A stretch of DNA of 64,000 bases from Hyaloraphidium curvatum SAG 235-1. Taxonomy: Eukaryota; Fungi; Monoblepharomycota. The stretch covers positions 1-64,000 of the forward strand of contig JAIVFI010000004.1 in NCBI GenBank assembly GCA_025558095.1. The letters are read 5' to 3'. Below the pieces are notes generated by a model that saw only the letters and a list, made by a program, of their open reading frames with translations, searched no databases and was not told where the DNA came from. Of this stretch, positions 12,081 to 24,380 are shown piece after piece. The stretch's first letter is position 1; every line of letters starts with the position of its first letter. The translations under genes and the position numbers were made by a program.

Positions 12081-13889
12081 TTACCCCCTGCATGCGGCCA
12101 TCACGACCCGAGCGAGGGGCCCAGCTTTGTCGCGGTCCCCGACAGAGCGGACCCGACTTCGTCGGCGGCGACTTCGTCGGCGGCGACTAAGGGGAGCGGG
12201 TTCCGTCGCACGCTGGGGAGGAGCAACGCGTCGATGACGTGGATCTGTGTGCGGGTCAGGTTTCCTACGGAAGAGGTCGATCATCCACCCACCACTCCGT
12301 TGTGGACCAAAATGTCCTTGATGATGACGTTTGCTCCGTTGACGAGGGCGGTCCCTTGGACCACCGTGACCTTGAGGACCTGGCCGTTGACGGCCTGGAG
12401 CTCCAGCCCGTCCGTTAAATCCGACGAGTAGTACACTCCGCGCCCCGAAATGACGATCATGGTCTCTGCGATCATTGCCAGCTGTTCCGGAGTTTTGCCC
12501 TGCAGTGCTTGAACCGCCTCCATGCTGGCGAAGGCACGGTTGACGGGAACGAAGCTGCGAGGTGGACGGGATAAGCTCCAATCGGTGCTCGCCGTTCCCC
12601 AGCGCAGGGAGGGAACGCACAATGTCGCGCCTGGCTGGTCCGGAAGGCCGTAAGAGTTCGCTGTTTCAGCCAGGCCTGCAGCTTCCAGAAGCGAGCGGAA
12701 GGACGTCAGGTTTGCCTTTGTCATGGTCGTGGTCGGCCAGACGGGGGGGATGACCATGCTACGCGTGACAAGAATCATGCCGTTGGATGCAGGGATGCTG
12801 TCGATCACGGTCGAGTTGTCGAAGCCGAAAAAGGGGAAGACGCCGAGGCTGGACCGGGTGAGCACGAGATACTGCGGATCCAGCCGCGCCAGGGTGAAGG
12901 ACGAGTTGAGCAGCGTGGGTGCGAGCACCTTTCCCGGCAGCCGCGAGGGTTCAATGTAGGCTTGCACGATCTGGTACCGAAGGACGTCGCCCGGATGCTG
13001 CTCGGCCGTGGGTTCGGAGACCGTCCGCTCCATCAGCCTGCCGACGGGAGAGAAGCCCCATCCCTCATTGGTCACCGCGAAAAAGGTTACGTTGGGATAG
13101 CTCGGGTTGCGGCCTTGGAGGATGTCGCGCACGGGCGGGGTCAGGTTGATGAGGGAGAGGATTCTATCCACCTGGGAATCGCGATACGTGATCAACGTCC
13201 GCCCCACGATACCACGCGGCGGACCAACGTGATACGTCTTCTGTATCGCGCCGGACGCGATCCGTTCCAGCGTGCGATGGATGCTCCCCGCGGCGGGCGT
13301 CGCCGCGGTCACCGTCTTTGTGCGGAAAGAGGTCCGCGTCACGAAGCTGGTGCGGGTGAGCGTGCGGCGCGGGCAGCACGGCGATCCCTGCGGCCGCGCC
13401 GGGTTGTACTTGGCCAGCTTGATTCCGGCGGGGCAGGTCCGGCACGCGGGGACGGCGTTGTTGCGAACCAGATGGCGGTGCACAGCCGGCTCCGCGGGCG
13501 GCGGCAGTGCGTACGCGTTGGCATCGGGCTGGGCGGCCTCGCTGATCCCGTCGAGGGGCGACTCGATGTCGTTGGCGAACAGCCGGGGAGGGCGGGTGAC
13601 AGTGGTCGTCTTGGTTCGGAACACGGTGGTTGTGCGGCGCAACGTGGCGGTCTTGACCGCGCCGCCGGCGGCAGGGCAGCTGCGGGCAGGGGGATCCGGG
13701 CGGGTGAGCACGGGCTTGGACCACGATGCGCTCAGGGACTGCCCACCAGCAGGACGGGCCATGGTTGTTGGCTGCGACGCGCGGCAGCTTCGGGCACGAG
13801 GGGCCAGCGAACCAGAGCTGCGTCGCGTCCGCCGGGCCCGCGGCGCAGGCGGCCAGGAAGGCAACGAGGAAGATGAGCGCGAATTTCAT
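12081..13889 (-). CDS. Secreted fasciclin (FAS1) domain protein with Cys/Thr-rich N-terminal modules
   Basis: Signal MKFALIFLVAFLAACAA; FAS1 H1 motifs NVTFFAVTNEGW and TL(F)VPVNRAF; H2 motif VNGANVIIKDILVHNGV|IHVIDALLLP after an intron. Confidence 0.85.
12154..12188. repeat. 15-bp tandem duplication (CGACTTCGTCGGCGG x2.3) encoding VAADE-VAADE in the fasciclin tail
   Basis: Directly visible. Confidence 0.85.
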
Positions 13890-14357
13890 TTGAGGGGGAA
13901 CGATGCCGAGTGACTTCGTCGGGTGAGTCAATCCCGGAGCTTCCCGGCCTCGTGTCCTTAATCCTTGAATTGTCGTAGTCAGTCAGCCCAGGCCGCGGTC
14001 CGTTCCGATACCCCGATCTGAAAAAGCCAATTGGGAGTGGTGCAAGTCACAAATCCGTCTTTCTTGACAACCGGGGGAATCCGAGCGAGCTCATTCTCCA
14101 TGACCCGCGGATCCAGTAGGCGAGGCGACGGGGCGGTCTCCGCCGGGCAGCGGTCGGCCGGGAAAAGGACAGATCCGTCCCCCGACAGACCGGCCGAGCA
14201 ATGCCTCCGGTCGGAGCTGCGCTGCGTTTCCGCCCTGCCCGGCTTGGTGCGGTGAACCGTACCGGAGCCGGCTCATCCTCGCGGGCGGTTGCCAGCTTCG
14301 CCGATCGCGCCGATCCCCGCCGCCCGCCAATCTCCCTCGTCTCTTCCGCCCCCCGAA

Positions 14358-15505
14358 ATGCCCCCCGACGACGGCACCGCCCTCCCGCCCCCCGGAACAG
14401 CCGGCACGGCGGGCGCGCGGACGCTGCGGATCGCGCTGCTGACGGCCGACAGGGTGGTTGCGGGTGGGCGAACGCGCGGGCGCGCGGAACGGAGGCGAGG
14501 TGCTGACGACGCATTGCAGGGCTGGAGCACTTTGGCAGCCTCGAGAAAATGTCCGTACTTCCCCGCCGGACGCGACTGGCACCGCCGGGAGCCGTTCTGA
14601 TCCTCCTTCCTGCCGTCCGTCCAGCTTCGGCGACTGGTTCCGCGCCGTCGCGTCGGCGTACTTCCCCTCCCTCTCCGTCTCCCTCGACAACTACGACGTC
14701 ATCGACGGCATCTACCCCCCGAACCCGCATGCGTACGACCTGCTGGTCCTCACGGGCTCCGAATCCGCTGCGTTCGACGACGACCCGTGGATCGTCGCGC
14801 TGCGCGGGTTCCTGCGGAAGACGGAGGAAGAGGGGCCGCGGCTCGCGGCGTTCTGCTTCGGGCACCAGGTCGTGCACCATGCGCTGGGGGGGAGGGCGGA
14901 GATCAATCCCGGGGGGAGGGAGGAGGGGCGGGCTGTTGTGGAATTGAACGGGGAGGGGAGGGGGGTGTTGAAGACGGGCAAGGGGGCGTTTGCGGTGAAT
15001 ATCGGGCACAGGGTGGGTTGTCGCTTGCAGTGCGATGCGGTGTGGGTGGGGCGTGCTGACGCGCCCCCCGCCCGGCCGAAGGACCACGTCGCGGAGCTGG
15101 CCCCCGGGTTCGTGGGGCTGGGGAGCACCCCCCAGACGCCGGTGCAGGGCGCCGTGCTCGACGACCGGATCTTTACGCTGCAGGTTCATCCCGAGTTCAG
15201 CAGCGAGTACTTCGAGGGGTACCTCCGGGTCGCGAGGAAGGCGGCCGAGGCGGCGGGGGAGGTTGGTCAGCCGCGGGGTGCGCCGGGCGCGGATTGACAA
15301 CCTTTCGTGGCAGGGGTACGACGGGCCCACGGTGGCCGAGATCGACGCGTGGATCGAATCGTTCTACCCGCCTGGGAAGACTGGGGGCGGCGAGTACCTG
15401 CCGACGGACGCGCTGTGGATCGGGGCCAAGGTGGTGTCATGGGCGGTGGGCGGGACGGAGGGGATACTGAGCGACGAGGAGCTGGAGAAGATGGCGGCAA
15501 AGTGA
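14358..15505 (+). CDS. Class I glutamine amidotransferase-like protein (multi-exon)
   Basis: LRIALL, YDLLVLTGS..AFDDDPWI, nucleophile AFCFGHQ, LQVHPEF His-Glu pair. Confidence 0.9.
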
Positions 15506-15640
15506 CCGATAGACTGCCAGACGGGTATTCCGAGTAGACCGCGGAGGAGCGGCCACGTGCGCCTCCGACCCGCCGCCACCAAAACAACGCGAACCAGTCG
15601 ACGCGTCGGCATTCCTCCCAGCAGCCGCCCCTTTCCCGCG

Positions 15641-16558
15641 ATGGACACGTCCTCGTCGTCGTCGTCGTCGTCGGACGAGCGGCCCGACCGCCCCAGGAAG
15701 GAGAAGAAGGACAAGAAGGACAAGAAGGCCGGCAAGAAGAAGGACCGCGGCGCGTCGCTCGTGGTGCTCGTGCGCCACGGCGAGAAGCCCGTGCCCAAGG
15801 CGGCCGACGTCGACGGCGTGCTGTCGCCCGTCGGGCAGGTCCGCGCGCGCTTCCTCGCCGAGCGCTTCTTTGCCCGCCCCGCCGGCGGCCGGCCCACCTT
15901 CGCGCGGCTGGCGGACCCCGCGGGCGGCGCCGCGGCGGACGTCGCGATCTCGCACGTGTTCGCCACGCGGCCCGATCGCGCCAAGAAGAAGCGGCTGCGG
16001 ATGGAGCTCACAGTGCGGCCGGCAGCAGAGGCGCTGGGGCTGCCCGTGAACCTGGACTACGACGCGGACGACGCCGAGGCGTGCGCGGACCACATCCGCT
16101 CGCTGGGCGCGAAGAAGAAGAAGGACAAGGAGGGCAAGGAGAAGGAGGGCAAGGAGAAGGAGGGCAAGGCGGGCAAGGAGCCCAAACCCCGAGCCGTGCT
16201 GGCCTGCTTCCCGCACGAGCACCTCCCCGTCCTCGCCCGCTCCCTCCTTCTCAAGGGGATCAACGCCGCCGGCGGGGACCCCAAGTGGCGCTCGGCCTCG
16301 CCGCGGTGGGACGACGACGACTACTCCACCGTGTGGATCGTCAGGCCAGGGGGCAACCTGGAGAGCTACGACATGGACAACCCGCCGCGCAGCGGGGCCG
16401 CCGCGGCGGTGGAGTGGGAGAAGGGGGACTTTTTCGAGTGGTACGCGAGGTTGGACATGAGGAAGAGGGCGGGGAGCCCGGCGGTGCCTCCGGCCGCGGC
16501 GGGAGGGCCATCCGGGAAAGAGGGTGGGCCGGAGCTCAAGGTCCCGAAGAAAGGCTGA
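15641..16558 (+). CDS. Histidine phosphatase / phosphoglycerate mutase-like protein
   Basis: VLVRHGEKP, LSPVGQVRA, RMELTVRP, VLACFPHEHLP, WDDDDYSTVW; Lys-rich inserts. Confidence 0.85.
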   Translation: MDTSSSSSSSSDERPDRPRKEKKDKKDKKAGKKKDRGASLVVLVRHGEKPVPKAADVDGVLSPVGQVRARFLAERFFARPAGGRPTFARLADPAGGAAADVAISHVFATRPDRAKKKRLRMELTVRPAAEALGLPVNLDYDADDAEACADHIRSLGAKKKKDKEGKEKEGKEKEGKAGKEPKPRAVLACFPHEHLPVLARSLLLKGINAAGGDPKWRSASPRWDDDDYSTVWIVRPGGNLESYDMDNPPRSGAAAAVEWEKGDFFEWYARLDMRKRAGSPAVPPAAAGGPSGKEGGPELKVPKKG

Positions 16559-17223
16559 GCGTGGTTGGTTCTTGGGTGCGGCGCACGACCGGTGGAACGG
16601 GAGCGGCGGGATTGTAGATCCTTGGGTCGAGGGTTGGCCGAGATACATCCCTCTTGCTTGCCTTGTCCGACCCCATGACCGCCCCTCCGAGCAGCAAGCG
16701 ACACCCCAGCAAACCAGACCGCGAACGAAGCAACTCAATCCGAGTCCAGTCCCGACCCCCGATCCTGGCACGTCCGCGGCGCCCGGCAAAAGCCCCGGCG
16801 TCGCCAGCTTCCCTTCATCCTGGCCACGCGTTCGGCAGGCATCGCGGCGCCCCATGTCGTCTCCGCGACCGCATCAACGTTCCGAGATCACCTGCCGGGC
16901 CGGCGGCGGTCACTCGCCCGGCCGGCCGTCGGCCGGACCGACTTTTGCCGCGGACAACCGCCGGCCTTTGGGCGCCGGTTGCGGGTTGACGTGCTTGAGG
17001 TAGTCCAGGTATGCTGTGGGGGCGGGAAGGACGCGGATCAGACCATCTCGATCGGTGAAGATGGCGAAGAAGCGCGGAAGCGGCAGAAAGACGGGCTTGA
17101 AGGGCGGGAAACGAGTCTGCCAGCGCGGGAACGCGTCCTCCGGCGAGGTCCCGGAACCGTGCCTCCCACAGCCCCTCCCCTCCCCTCTCCAGCCACCCTC
17201 CGCCCCTCCCCCTCCCCGCACAA

Positions 17224-17481
17224 TCACCCACCGACGAAGCACCACGCGGCCGCCAAGCACGCCACCCCCCCGCCCACCCACATCCCCGCCCTCGCCAAAG
17301 CGCCCCCGACCCCCTCCCCCGCGTCCCTCATCCCGCCGCTCATCATCTCCGAGCCCTCCCTGATCGCGGCGGTCATCTGCGAGGCGCCCTCGCGCGCGGC
17401 GGTGGCGAGCTCGCGGAACTCCATGATGGAGACGACGTCGGAGGGGATGATTGTCTTGAGGAGGGAGGGTTCCTTGGACAT
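17224..17481 (-). CDS. Small hypothetical protein with C-terminal hydrophobic segment
   Basis: 85-aa ORF with protein-like composition ending MWVGGGVACLAAAWCFVGG; may splice to a further exon near 16910-17150. Confidence 0.5.
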   Translation of the reverse strand: MSKEPSLLKTIIPSDVVSIMEFRELATAAREGASQMTAAIREGSEMMSGGMRDAGEGVGGALARAGMWVGGGVACLAAAWCFVGG

Positions 17482-17853
17482 GGCTGGGAGCTGGGGGGCG
17501 GGAAGAGAGCGGGTGAAGGAGCGTGGAGACGGGCGGAAGGACCGCTTCGGTGGGGGGGAACCGGGGTACGCGCAAGCGCAGCCGACGTTGGAGGAGGAAA
17601 GGGGTTGTGCGGGCCGGCCAGCACGGCCGAACCTGCTCCTGGATCCGCGCGCACGAAGCTCGAGAACGGGTGGTCGGCAGGGGCAAAAGACGGGGATGGA
17701 GAGAGGGAATGCTCGGATGGGTGAGGTTTGGTGCCGGACCGGGCGATGCGACGTTGTTGGCGTCCCGAACGACGCGCGAGGGCCGCTCGCTCGCTGCAGC
17801 TAAGCCACTGCGCCTCTTGATTCTGCTAAGCGCCTCCCCACCAGCGACGTCTC

Positions 17854-18665
17854 TCAAGTCCTTCTGCTTGTCGTCGTGCTCCGTCTCGCTGTGGTCTTCC
17901 TCTTGGTCGTCGTCTTCCGTCTGCTCGTCGTCATCTTCGGAAGCACCCCGGGAGCCCACCGCCTCAGCACCCCGTCGATCCACCCGCTGAGCGCCGACAC
18001 CTTTGCGTACCCCCCCACCGGGAACCGCGGGTTCCCGCAGTCCGGCCCGAAGCTCACGGCGCCCACGAGCACCCACCCCCCGTTCCTCCGCGCGAACAGC
18101 GGCCCCTCAGAATCCCCCACTCACGCGTCCCGGCCGGGCCAACCCGCGCACAGCACGCTCGGGTGCGGCGGCCGATCGAAGGCCTGCAGCGCCGCGCAAA
18201 TGCTGGCGTTGTTGACGGCCAGGTCGGCCTGCCGGAGGTCCGACGAGAGGGAGCCGTCGTCGGTGATACCCCACCTGATGGTGCGGACGGGGTACCCGAC
18301 GGGGGGGAAGGAGGGGTCCCGGTTGATGGCGATGCGGGCGGGGGTGCGGTTGCCGTAGTTGGTCGGAGCCGAGAGGCGGAGGATGGCGACGTCGTTGGCC
18401 GGGAAATCGTATCGCGGGTGGACAACGATCTGCACCACGCCGCAGTCGATCCCGCGCTCGCGCCGGGTGGTGGCGTCCGAGTTGCGGCGGTACGTGGCCG
18501 CGGTGACGTTGGCGGGCGCGATGCCCTCGGCGCAGTGCGCGGCGGTAAGCACAAGGTTGGGCGCGATCATGCTCCCGCCGCACTGGAAAGTGCCGTCGGC
18601 CCGTTTAATACTGAGCAGAGCCATCCACGGGTAGGTGGCGGCCGAGGGCACGCGGACCTCGGACT
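17854..18665 (-). pseudogene. Trypsin-like serine protease, probably pseudogenised
   Basis: CGGSMIAPNLVLTAAHC and NDVAIL present; in-frame TGA at 18121-18123 replaces the Cys of GRDxC; GDSEGP instead of GDSGGP; no signal peptide or IVGG. Confidence 0.8.
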
Positions 18666-19030
18666 CGCGAGGCGCAGCACCCGTTTTCTCCCCACACCGG
18701 CGAATATGGGGCCCGCTGACCCAGCACGCACGGGCACCATGCCAGATGCGATTTCTGCGAGAGGCATGGGATAGGAGATGCATCCGTTGCGCAGCGGGGC
18801 CTGGGGCTTCTGGCACGAGTTTCGCGCACGGTGACCCGGCACGCAAGACCGGTGTAGTCTGGACTCGAGATCACGGTCCGACACCTACGATCGGGGAAAT
18901 GAATGGGATTCGATGGCTGGATGGGAGTAGCAAGCGCGAGCGAGCTCGCTCCGCTTTGCCGCTCCAGGCCCAGCGACACCGCAGGCAGGGAGACGGCCAT
19001 TCTCGGCGCAGCCTCCTCGCCCGCCTCGCA

Positions 19031-19825
19031 ATGCCGGGTGCTGTGGTGGTCGCCGCGCTCGGCGTTGCCCTTTCCGTGCTCTGGCTCTCCAACGCCGCCG
19101 CCGGGGTCTCGGTGCCGCCGTTGCCCGTCCCACCGCAGTCGGCCAACCAGACCGTCTGGACGCCGACGGCCGCCAACGAGTACTGCCAGCCGTGGTATTT
19201 TGACCTGCCGGCGAACAAGTCGGTGGGTTTGAGTGCCGTTGAACGCGACCGGAAGACTTGACGAGCCCGACGCGTCGCCTCCCCACGGGAACCCGCCTCC
19301 CAGGCGCAGCTTACGGTCTGCGACGACCCCGCGTACCTGATGGCGCTCACCGTCGACTCCGCCTCCGTGCTCCCCGCCTCGGATCCTGTCCCCTCGACAG
19401 TCCCGTGCCTCAGCCCGGACTCGGGCGCGGCGGGCGAGCAGACGGTGGCCACGTTCGGCAGCAGCCTCGCCGTGCTCAACGGCACGCTCCCTGGCCGCGT
19501 GTGCGCTCGCCTGTTCGCCCTGCCGTGCTACACCAGCGCGGTGAGGCTGTTCTTCGGCACCGCGACGGCGTGGACCAAGGGGCCCAACGGGACCGTCAAC
19601 GACCCCGCCATTTTCGCGGCCAACGCGACGAGGACGATGCAGTTCAACGCGACGATCGTCGACCCCGACTCGGCGTGCCTGCGGGTCACGGGGGGGAACG
19701 GGACGTCGACGACGGCCACGGCCACGGCGACGGCGAGCACCAGCAGGCCCGCCGGCGCGGGGAGGGCACTACCTGGGGGATGTGCGTGGGCTGCAGTTGC
19801 GGCGATTGCTGCCCTGGCCATTTGA
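19031..19825 (+). CDS. Secreted, probably GPI-anchored protein (2 exons)
   Basis: Hydrophobic N-terminus, several N-glycosylation sequons, Ser/Thr stalk TSTTATATATASTS, hydrophobic C-terminus AWAAVAAIAALAI. Confidence 0.75.
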
Positions 19826-20596
19826 GGACGTGCCGGACGGGGGGTGACCAGGGACGCGATCTGTGCAGACCCTTCGTGGCGGACCGTGGGGGAGGCGAGC
19901 CGAAGCTCGGATGGGCGGACGCCTCGACTGGAGCGGAATATCTGGACAAGAAGACAGCGTCTTATACTCTCTATTTGGACAAGCTGGAGTTGCAATCTCG
20001 AGGCAAGCGCGACCGCAGCCTTCAACGAGACCAGGTATCCATTCGCTCCTCCATTGCCAACAATCAACGATGGTAGCAATCTCATTTGAATGCAATTGAA
20101 GCTCATGGTGGAGATCTACATGTACCGAACAGCTGTCGTCTTGGCGAGCGAGGCCGAGTCACCAAGTCGAGATCGCTAAACTCCCTCCATCTCCCCCAGA
20201 TTCCATCCCGGAAGTCATTTCTCACCTTCTATATCCATTCTCTGCCGGAATTCGAGCCCGATCTCGCGGTCGTTGCGCCCCATCCCGCCAATCAGCTGCC
20301 CGTCGGCGCCGTCCCGACCCCGCCCCGCCACGCCGCGAACAAAACACCTCTGCCCACCCAGCACCGTAGGTATCCCTGCCCACCCGCGGGCCCTCGTTGC
20401 CGCACGGCGGAGTTGGAGGAGGCGCGAATGCGGCGGCGGTGGCGGCGCGGAGCGGCGGGCGGGGCCGGGCGGGAGGTGCCGCCGCTGCGGAGCGGGAGCA
20501 CTCGGCTGCCGCTGGAGGCCGCGCTCCCCGACGGCCGCGCCTCGATGGGCATTTTGGAGACTGGACCGCTCACCGCCGTCGGCATCGCAGGCCGCG

Positions 20597-21788
20597 ATGT
20601 TCATCATCAACTGGTTCTGGGACGTCCTGAGCTACCTCGGTGGGCCCCTTCTTCCTGCCTCGGCGGGAAGGCAGGACAGCTGACGTACGGCCAGGGCTCG
20701 TCAACAAGAACGCAAAGATCCTGTTCCTCGGGCTGGACAACGCGGGGAAGACGACGCTGCTGCACATGCTCAAGAACGACAGGCTGGCGACGCTGCAGCC
20801 GACGCTGCACCCGAGTGGGTACCGGCGGCGACCGTGATGGGGTCGGGAGGAGGAACATTGGGATTATGGAGCACGGGAAGGAGGAGGTTCGGCGAGATGG
20901 GGGGACGGGGGCGTTTGGTGGCCGAGGACTCCGGCCGGGTCGGGCGGCGGAGGCAAACCTGGCCCACGTCGGCGACTGTGCCGCCCTGCGGTGCCGTTTC
21001 TCCCCAGGTCTCCGCCTTGGGCACGTGTTCGGTTCGGTCGGGATGCCGGTTGCCCGGAGATCATCCCCGCTCCCCTCTTGGATCTTGGCCACGCCGTTGT
21101 TCGGCCTTCCCTTCGGCCGTCGCGCTCACACCTCCCTTCTCCCAGCCTCCGAGGAGCTTTCGATCGGAAACATCAAATTCACCACCTTTGACCTCGGCGG
21201 ACACCAGCAGGGTTCGTCATTCGGGCCGCCGTCCGGAATGCGCCGACGCTGATCTCCTGCACACCCGTGGACCTCGTCCCTCCCTCCCTCCCTACCCCCC
21301 GTCCCTCTCCCCCTGTTTCGACCACCAGCCCGGCGGCTATGGAAGGACTACTTCCCGGAGGTCGACGGCATCGTCTACCTCGTCGACGCCGCGGACCCGG
21401 AACGCTTGCCCGAGAGCAAGTCCGAGCTGGACGTGGGTCCCCCCCCTCATCCCCTCCTCACTTCACTCCACTCACGTCTGACCCCTCGGGACAGTCCCTT
21501 CTCGGCATCGAGGAGCTCAACAAGGTCCCCTTCCTCGTCCTCGGCAACAAGATCGACGCGCCGACCGCGGTCTCGGAGGATCAGCTGAGGGCGGCGCTGG
21601 GGCTGTACCAGACCACGGGGAAGGGGAAGGTGGCGCTGGGGAACAACATGCGGGCCATCGAGGTGGGTTTTTCGTTCGCTGCGCTGGAAGGGAGGGACTG
21701 ACGGGGGCGAAAGGTGTTCATGGTGTCGGTGGTGATGCGGCAGGGGTACGGGGCCGGGTTCCAGTGGCTGTCCAACTACATACCCTAG
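20597..21788 (+). CDS. SAR1: Small COPII GTPase Sar1 (multi-exon)
   Basis: [84 protein letters not shown]. Confidence 0.98.
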
Positions 21789-22200
21789 GCGGTCGGGGAA
21801 ACGGGGAAAATGTCGTGTCTTGATACCGTGGAAGGAAGATAGAGCTGTGGTCCGAACGTTTTGTTGACAGACGCCTCGGCGGCTTCTTCCATCGACTCGT
21901 CCACCCCATTCAGCGAGCCTGTTGGCATCTTTGATGAATGTGCGCTTGTCGGTTGGCCGAACCTTCAGCCGCGCGGCCCGCGGGGAAGGAAGCAACGAGC
22001 GTGCGCGGCGGGAACATGAGACTGCGCTGTGGTACGGCGTGACAGGTCAGAACCGAGCCGCCGACGTGATTGCCGGGTACCTGGGCCAGTCTGCGCATTG
22101 GATGTATGGCGCCGAAGCCTGAAGCCAAGAAGCTCACCTGCCGTGCCGTGCAACCCGCGTCCCAACTCCTCTCAACCTGGTTCTTCCCCATCTTCCGAAC

Positions 22201-23322
22201 ATGGAGGCCCCGGACGCGTCGCCCGAGCTTCCTCCCGAAATCCTGTACCACGTGGCCAAGTTCCTCCCGCGCCGGGCGCAGCTCGAGCTCGCCCGCGCGT
22301 CGCGCTCCGCGCTGGAGCTCGTCGCGCCGCTGGCCTTCCGCCGCTTCCATTGCGGCTCCGAAATCCAGCTGCTTTGCAAGTTCGAGGAGCGTCTCGATCT
22401 TTGGCTGACCAACGGCTGGCTCGGATTCGTCAAGGTAGTCGACGTGGACATGGCTGCGGTGTCGCGCTTCGCCGGCGCGTCCCAGGTGCGGCGGCTCTTT
22501 GAGAACGCGCCGTCGGTGGTCTCCGCAAAGCTGAGCCTCACCCTTGGTGAGGAAATGGACGCTGTTCTTGGTGTCGTTTCGAAGACTCTGGAGCATCTCG
22601 AGCTGTTCGACTTCCGCAAGAATCGCAGAGGGGGCGCGATGTTCGACTTCCCGTGTCTTCGGTCGCTGGTTTACGCCTCATACGTAATGAATGAGGATGA
22701 TCGGACTCTTTCCCGCATCGTTTCCAAGTTGCCCGACCTGGAGGATCTGTCCCTGAACCTCCTAACGAGCGACGGATTCGACGCCGCCAAGTTGCTCGGA
22801 CCGGAACTGCTCTGCAAGGTCCGTACCTGGATCGTGCACAGCCAGCCCGCATTTCGCGCCCTCTGCTCCGTCAGCAGCTTCCGCCCTCGCCGGATCGTCG
22901 TGGAGCGCGAGATGGACGACGTATTTGGCTACGAACGCAGCGAACTGGATGAGCAGACGGTCGAGGCCATTTCCAAGCTGCCTTCGCTTCAGGAGCTGGA
23001 GCTCGATCATGTCGCGTCGCGCCTTGTCGTGGACTACGGGCTGCCGCCGGACCTGGAGAAACTGTCGATCAAGGACCTGGAGGTCACGGCCCATGAGTGT
23101 GACGACGGCGTCGCAACTCTCGCCGGCATTCTTGGATCCCGACCGGGTTTGCGGCTCCATGTGCGGAACGTGATCGCTGCCGCGGAGGAATCCGGCGGGT
23201 TCAGCGAGGAGTGTCAGGAAGAGATCGATCTTTGGACGCAGTACAACGTGGATGTCGCGGAGCTGAACCCGACCTTCGACGAGAGCAGTAGCGAAGCTTC
23301 CTCCTTTGAAGACGATGAATGA
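22201..23322 (+). CDS. F-box-like / LRR (RNI-like) protein, intronless
   Basis: LPPEILYHVAKFL..LELARASR N-terminus; LEHLEL, LEDLSL, LQELEL, LEKLSI repeats. Confidence 0.75.
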   Translation: MEAPDASPELPPEILYHVAKFLPRRAQLELARASRSALELVAPLAFRRFHCGSEIQLLCKFEERLDLWLTNGWLGFVKVVDVDMAAVSRFAGASQVRRLFENAPSVVSAKLSLTLGEEMDAVLGVVSKTLEHLELFDFRKNRRGGAMFDFPCLRSLVYASYVMNEDDRTLSRIVSKLPDLEDLSLNLLTSDGFDAAKLLGPELLCKVRTWIVHSQPAFRALCSVSSFRPRRIVVEREMDDVFGYERSELDEQTVEAISKLPSLQELELDHVASRLVVDYGLPPDLEKLSIKDLEVTAHECDDGVATLAGILGSRPGLRLHVRNVIAAAEESGGFSEECQEEIDLWTQYNVDVAELNPTFDESSSEASSFEDDE

Positions 23323-23421
23323 ATTTGCCCCCGCTAGCGTGCAGCAATGTGGAGCAGGCAGCGGAAATCCCTAGGCGGCCCTCAACGCACCGCCCGATCC
23401 TCCGTGTCACACAGCGCCGCC

Positions 23422-24380
23422 ATGGCGACGGCCTCCCCTCCCGGCCCCTCGGAGCCGGCAATTCCTATGTCTGAGCTCCCGCCGCCGCCCGCGGCCGAGG
23501 CCTCGTCGTCCTCTCCGCCGGACTACGCCCCGCCGGCCGACGCCGACCCGAAGGACTATTTCCACGCCCCGCCGGACTACTCGCTGCCGTCGTACGGCAA
23601 CGGCGGCCCGGCGTACCACGACATCGAGCCGCCGGACGAGCCGATCCCGCGGTACTCCGAGGCGCGGGCCGAGGCCGGCGCGGCGGGGCTCCCGGCGCCC
23701 GATGCGTCGGCGCACCTCGTCGCCGGCTTCGCGAGGAGCTTCCGGAGCTCCAGGATGGTCGCCGTGGTCACGGCCGCGGCGACAATGGCGATGTGCCTGG
23801 TCGGCGTGATTAACTCGCGGGCGCTGCGGGGCGGGAGCGGTGCCGGAGGGCTGTGGACGGCGGTCGGGGTCTCTGCTGGCGGTGAGTTGCCAGATCTTTC
23901 GGAGAAGGGCCTGTGGCCTGGAACCTGCGAGCGAGTTGTGCCCACGAGCACGCTGTCTGTGCCGTGGACGGCTCGTCTGGCCCGCCTGGGACGGGCTTCC
24001 TGTCGCCAATCTTTTCTGACCACCACACACCCCAGACTTCGTCCTCTCCGTTCCCCTCCTATTCCCTCGCTTCTCCACAGTTCCCTCGGAACCAGGCCCG
24101 GTGCCGCTCTTTGTCCGCTACGCTGTCTACGAGGACACTCTGGCGATGGCCGGCTACCTGGCCGCGGCGCTGCTGAGCCCGTACTGCTACCAAGGCGACA
24201 CGTTGGTACACATTGGAGGGGCCGGTCGACGAAGGCTAACGCCCGACCGATCGCAGGACCTGCGGCATCATCACCATCGCGAGGTTCATGTCCTGGATTT
24301 GCTGCCTGGTGCACCTGTGGTGCCTGCTGGTGGAGCTGCGGGCAAAGCGGAGCCTGTCTCTGATGGGACACTGGAAGTAG
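23422..24380 (+). CDS. Multi-pass membrane protein with N-terminal PY motifs (multi-exon)
   Basis: PPDY x2, LPSY, PRY, then hydrophobic segments; last exon TCGIITIARFMSWICCLVHLWCLLVELR...WK*. Confidence 0.65.

Noticed and set aside
18105-18124. GTGAG...AG micro-intron removing the trypsin TGA
   Set aside because: It would be only ~19 nt, would delete the catalytic Ser and would shift the frame
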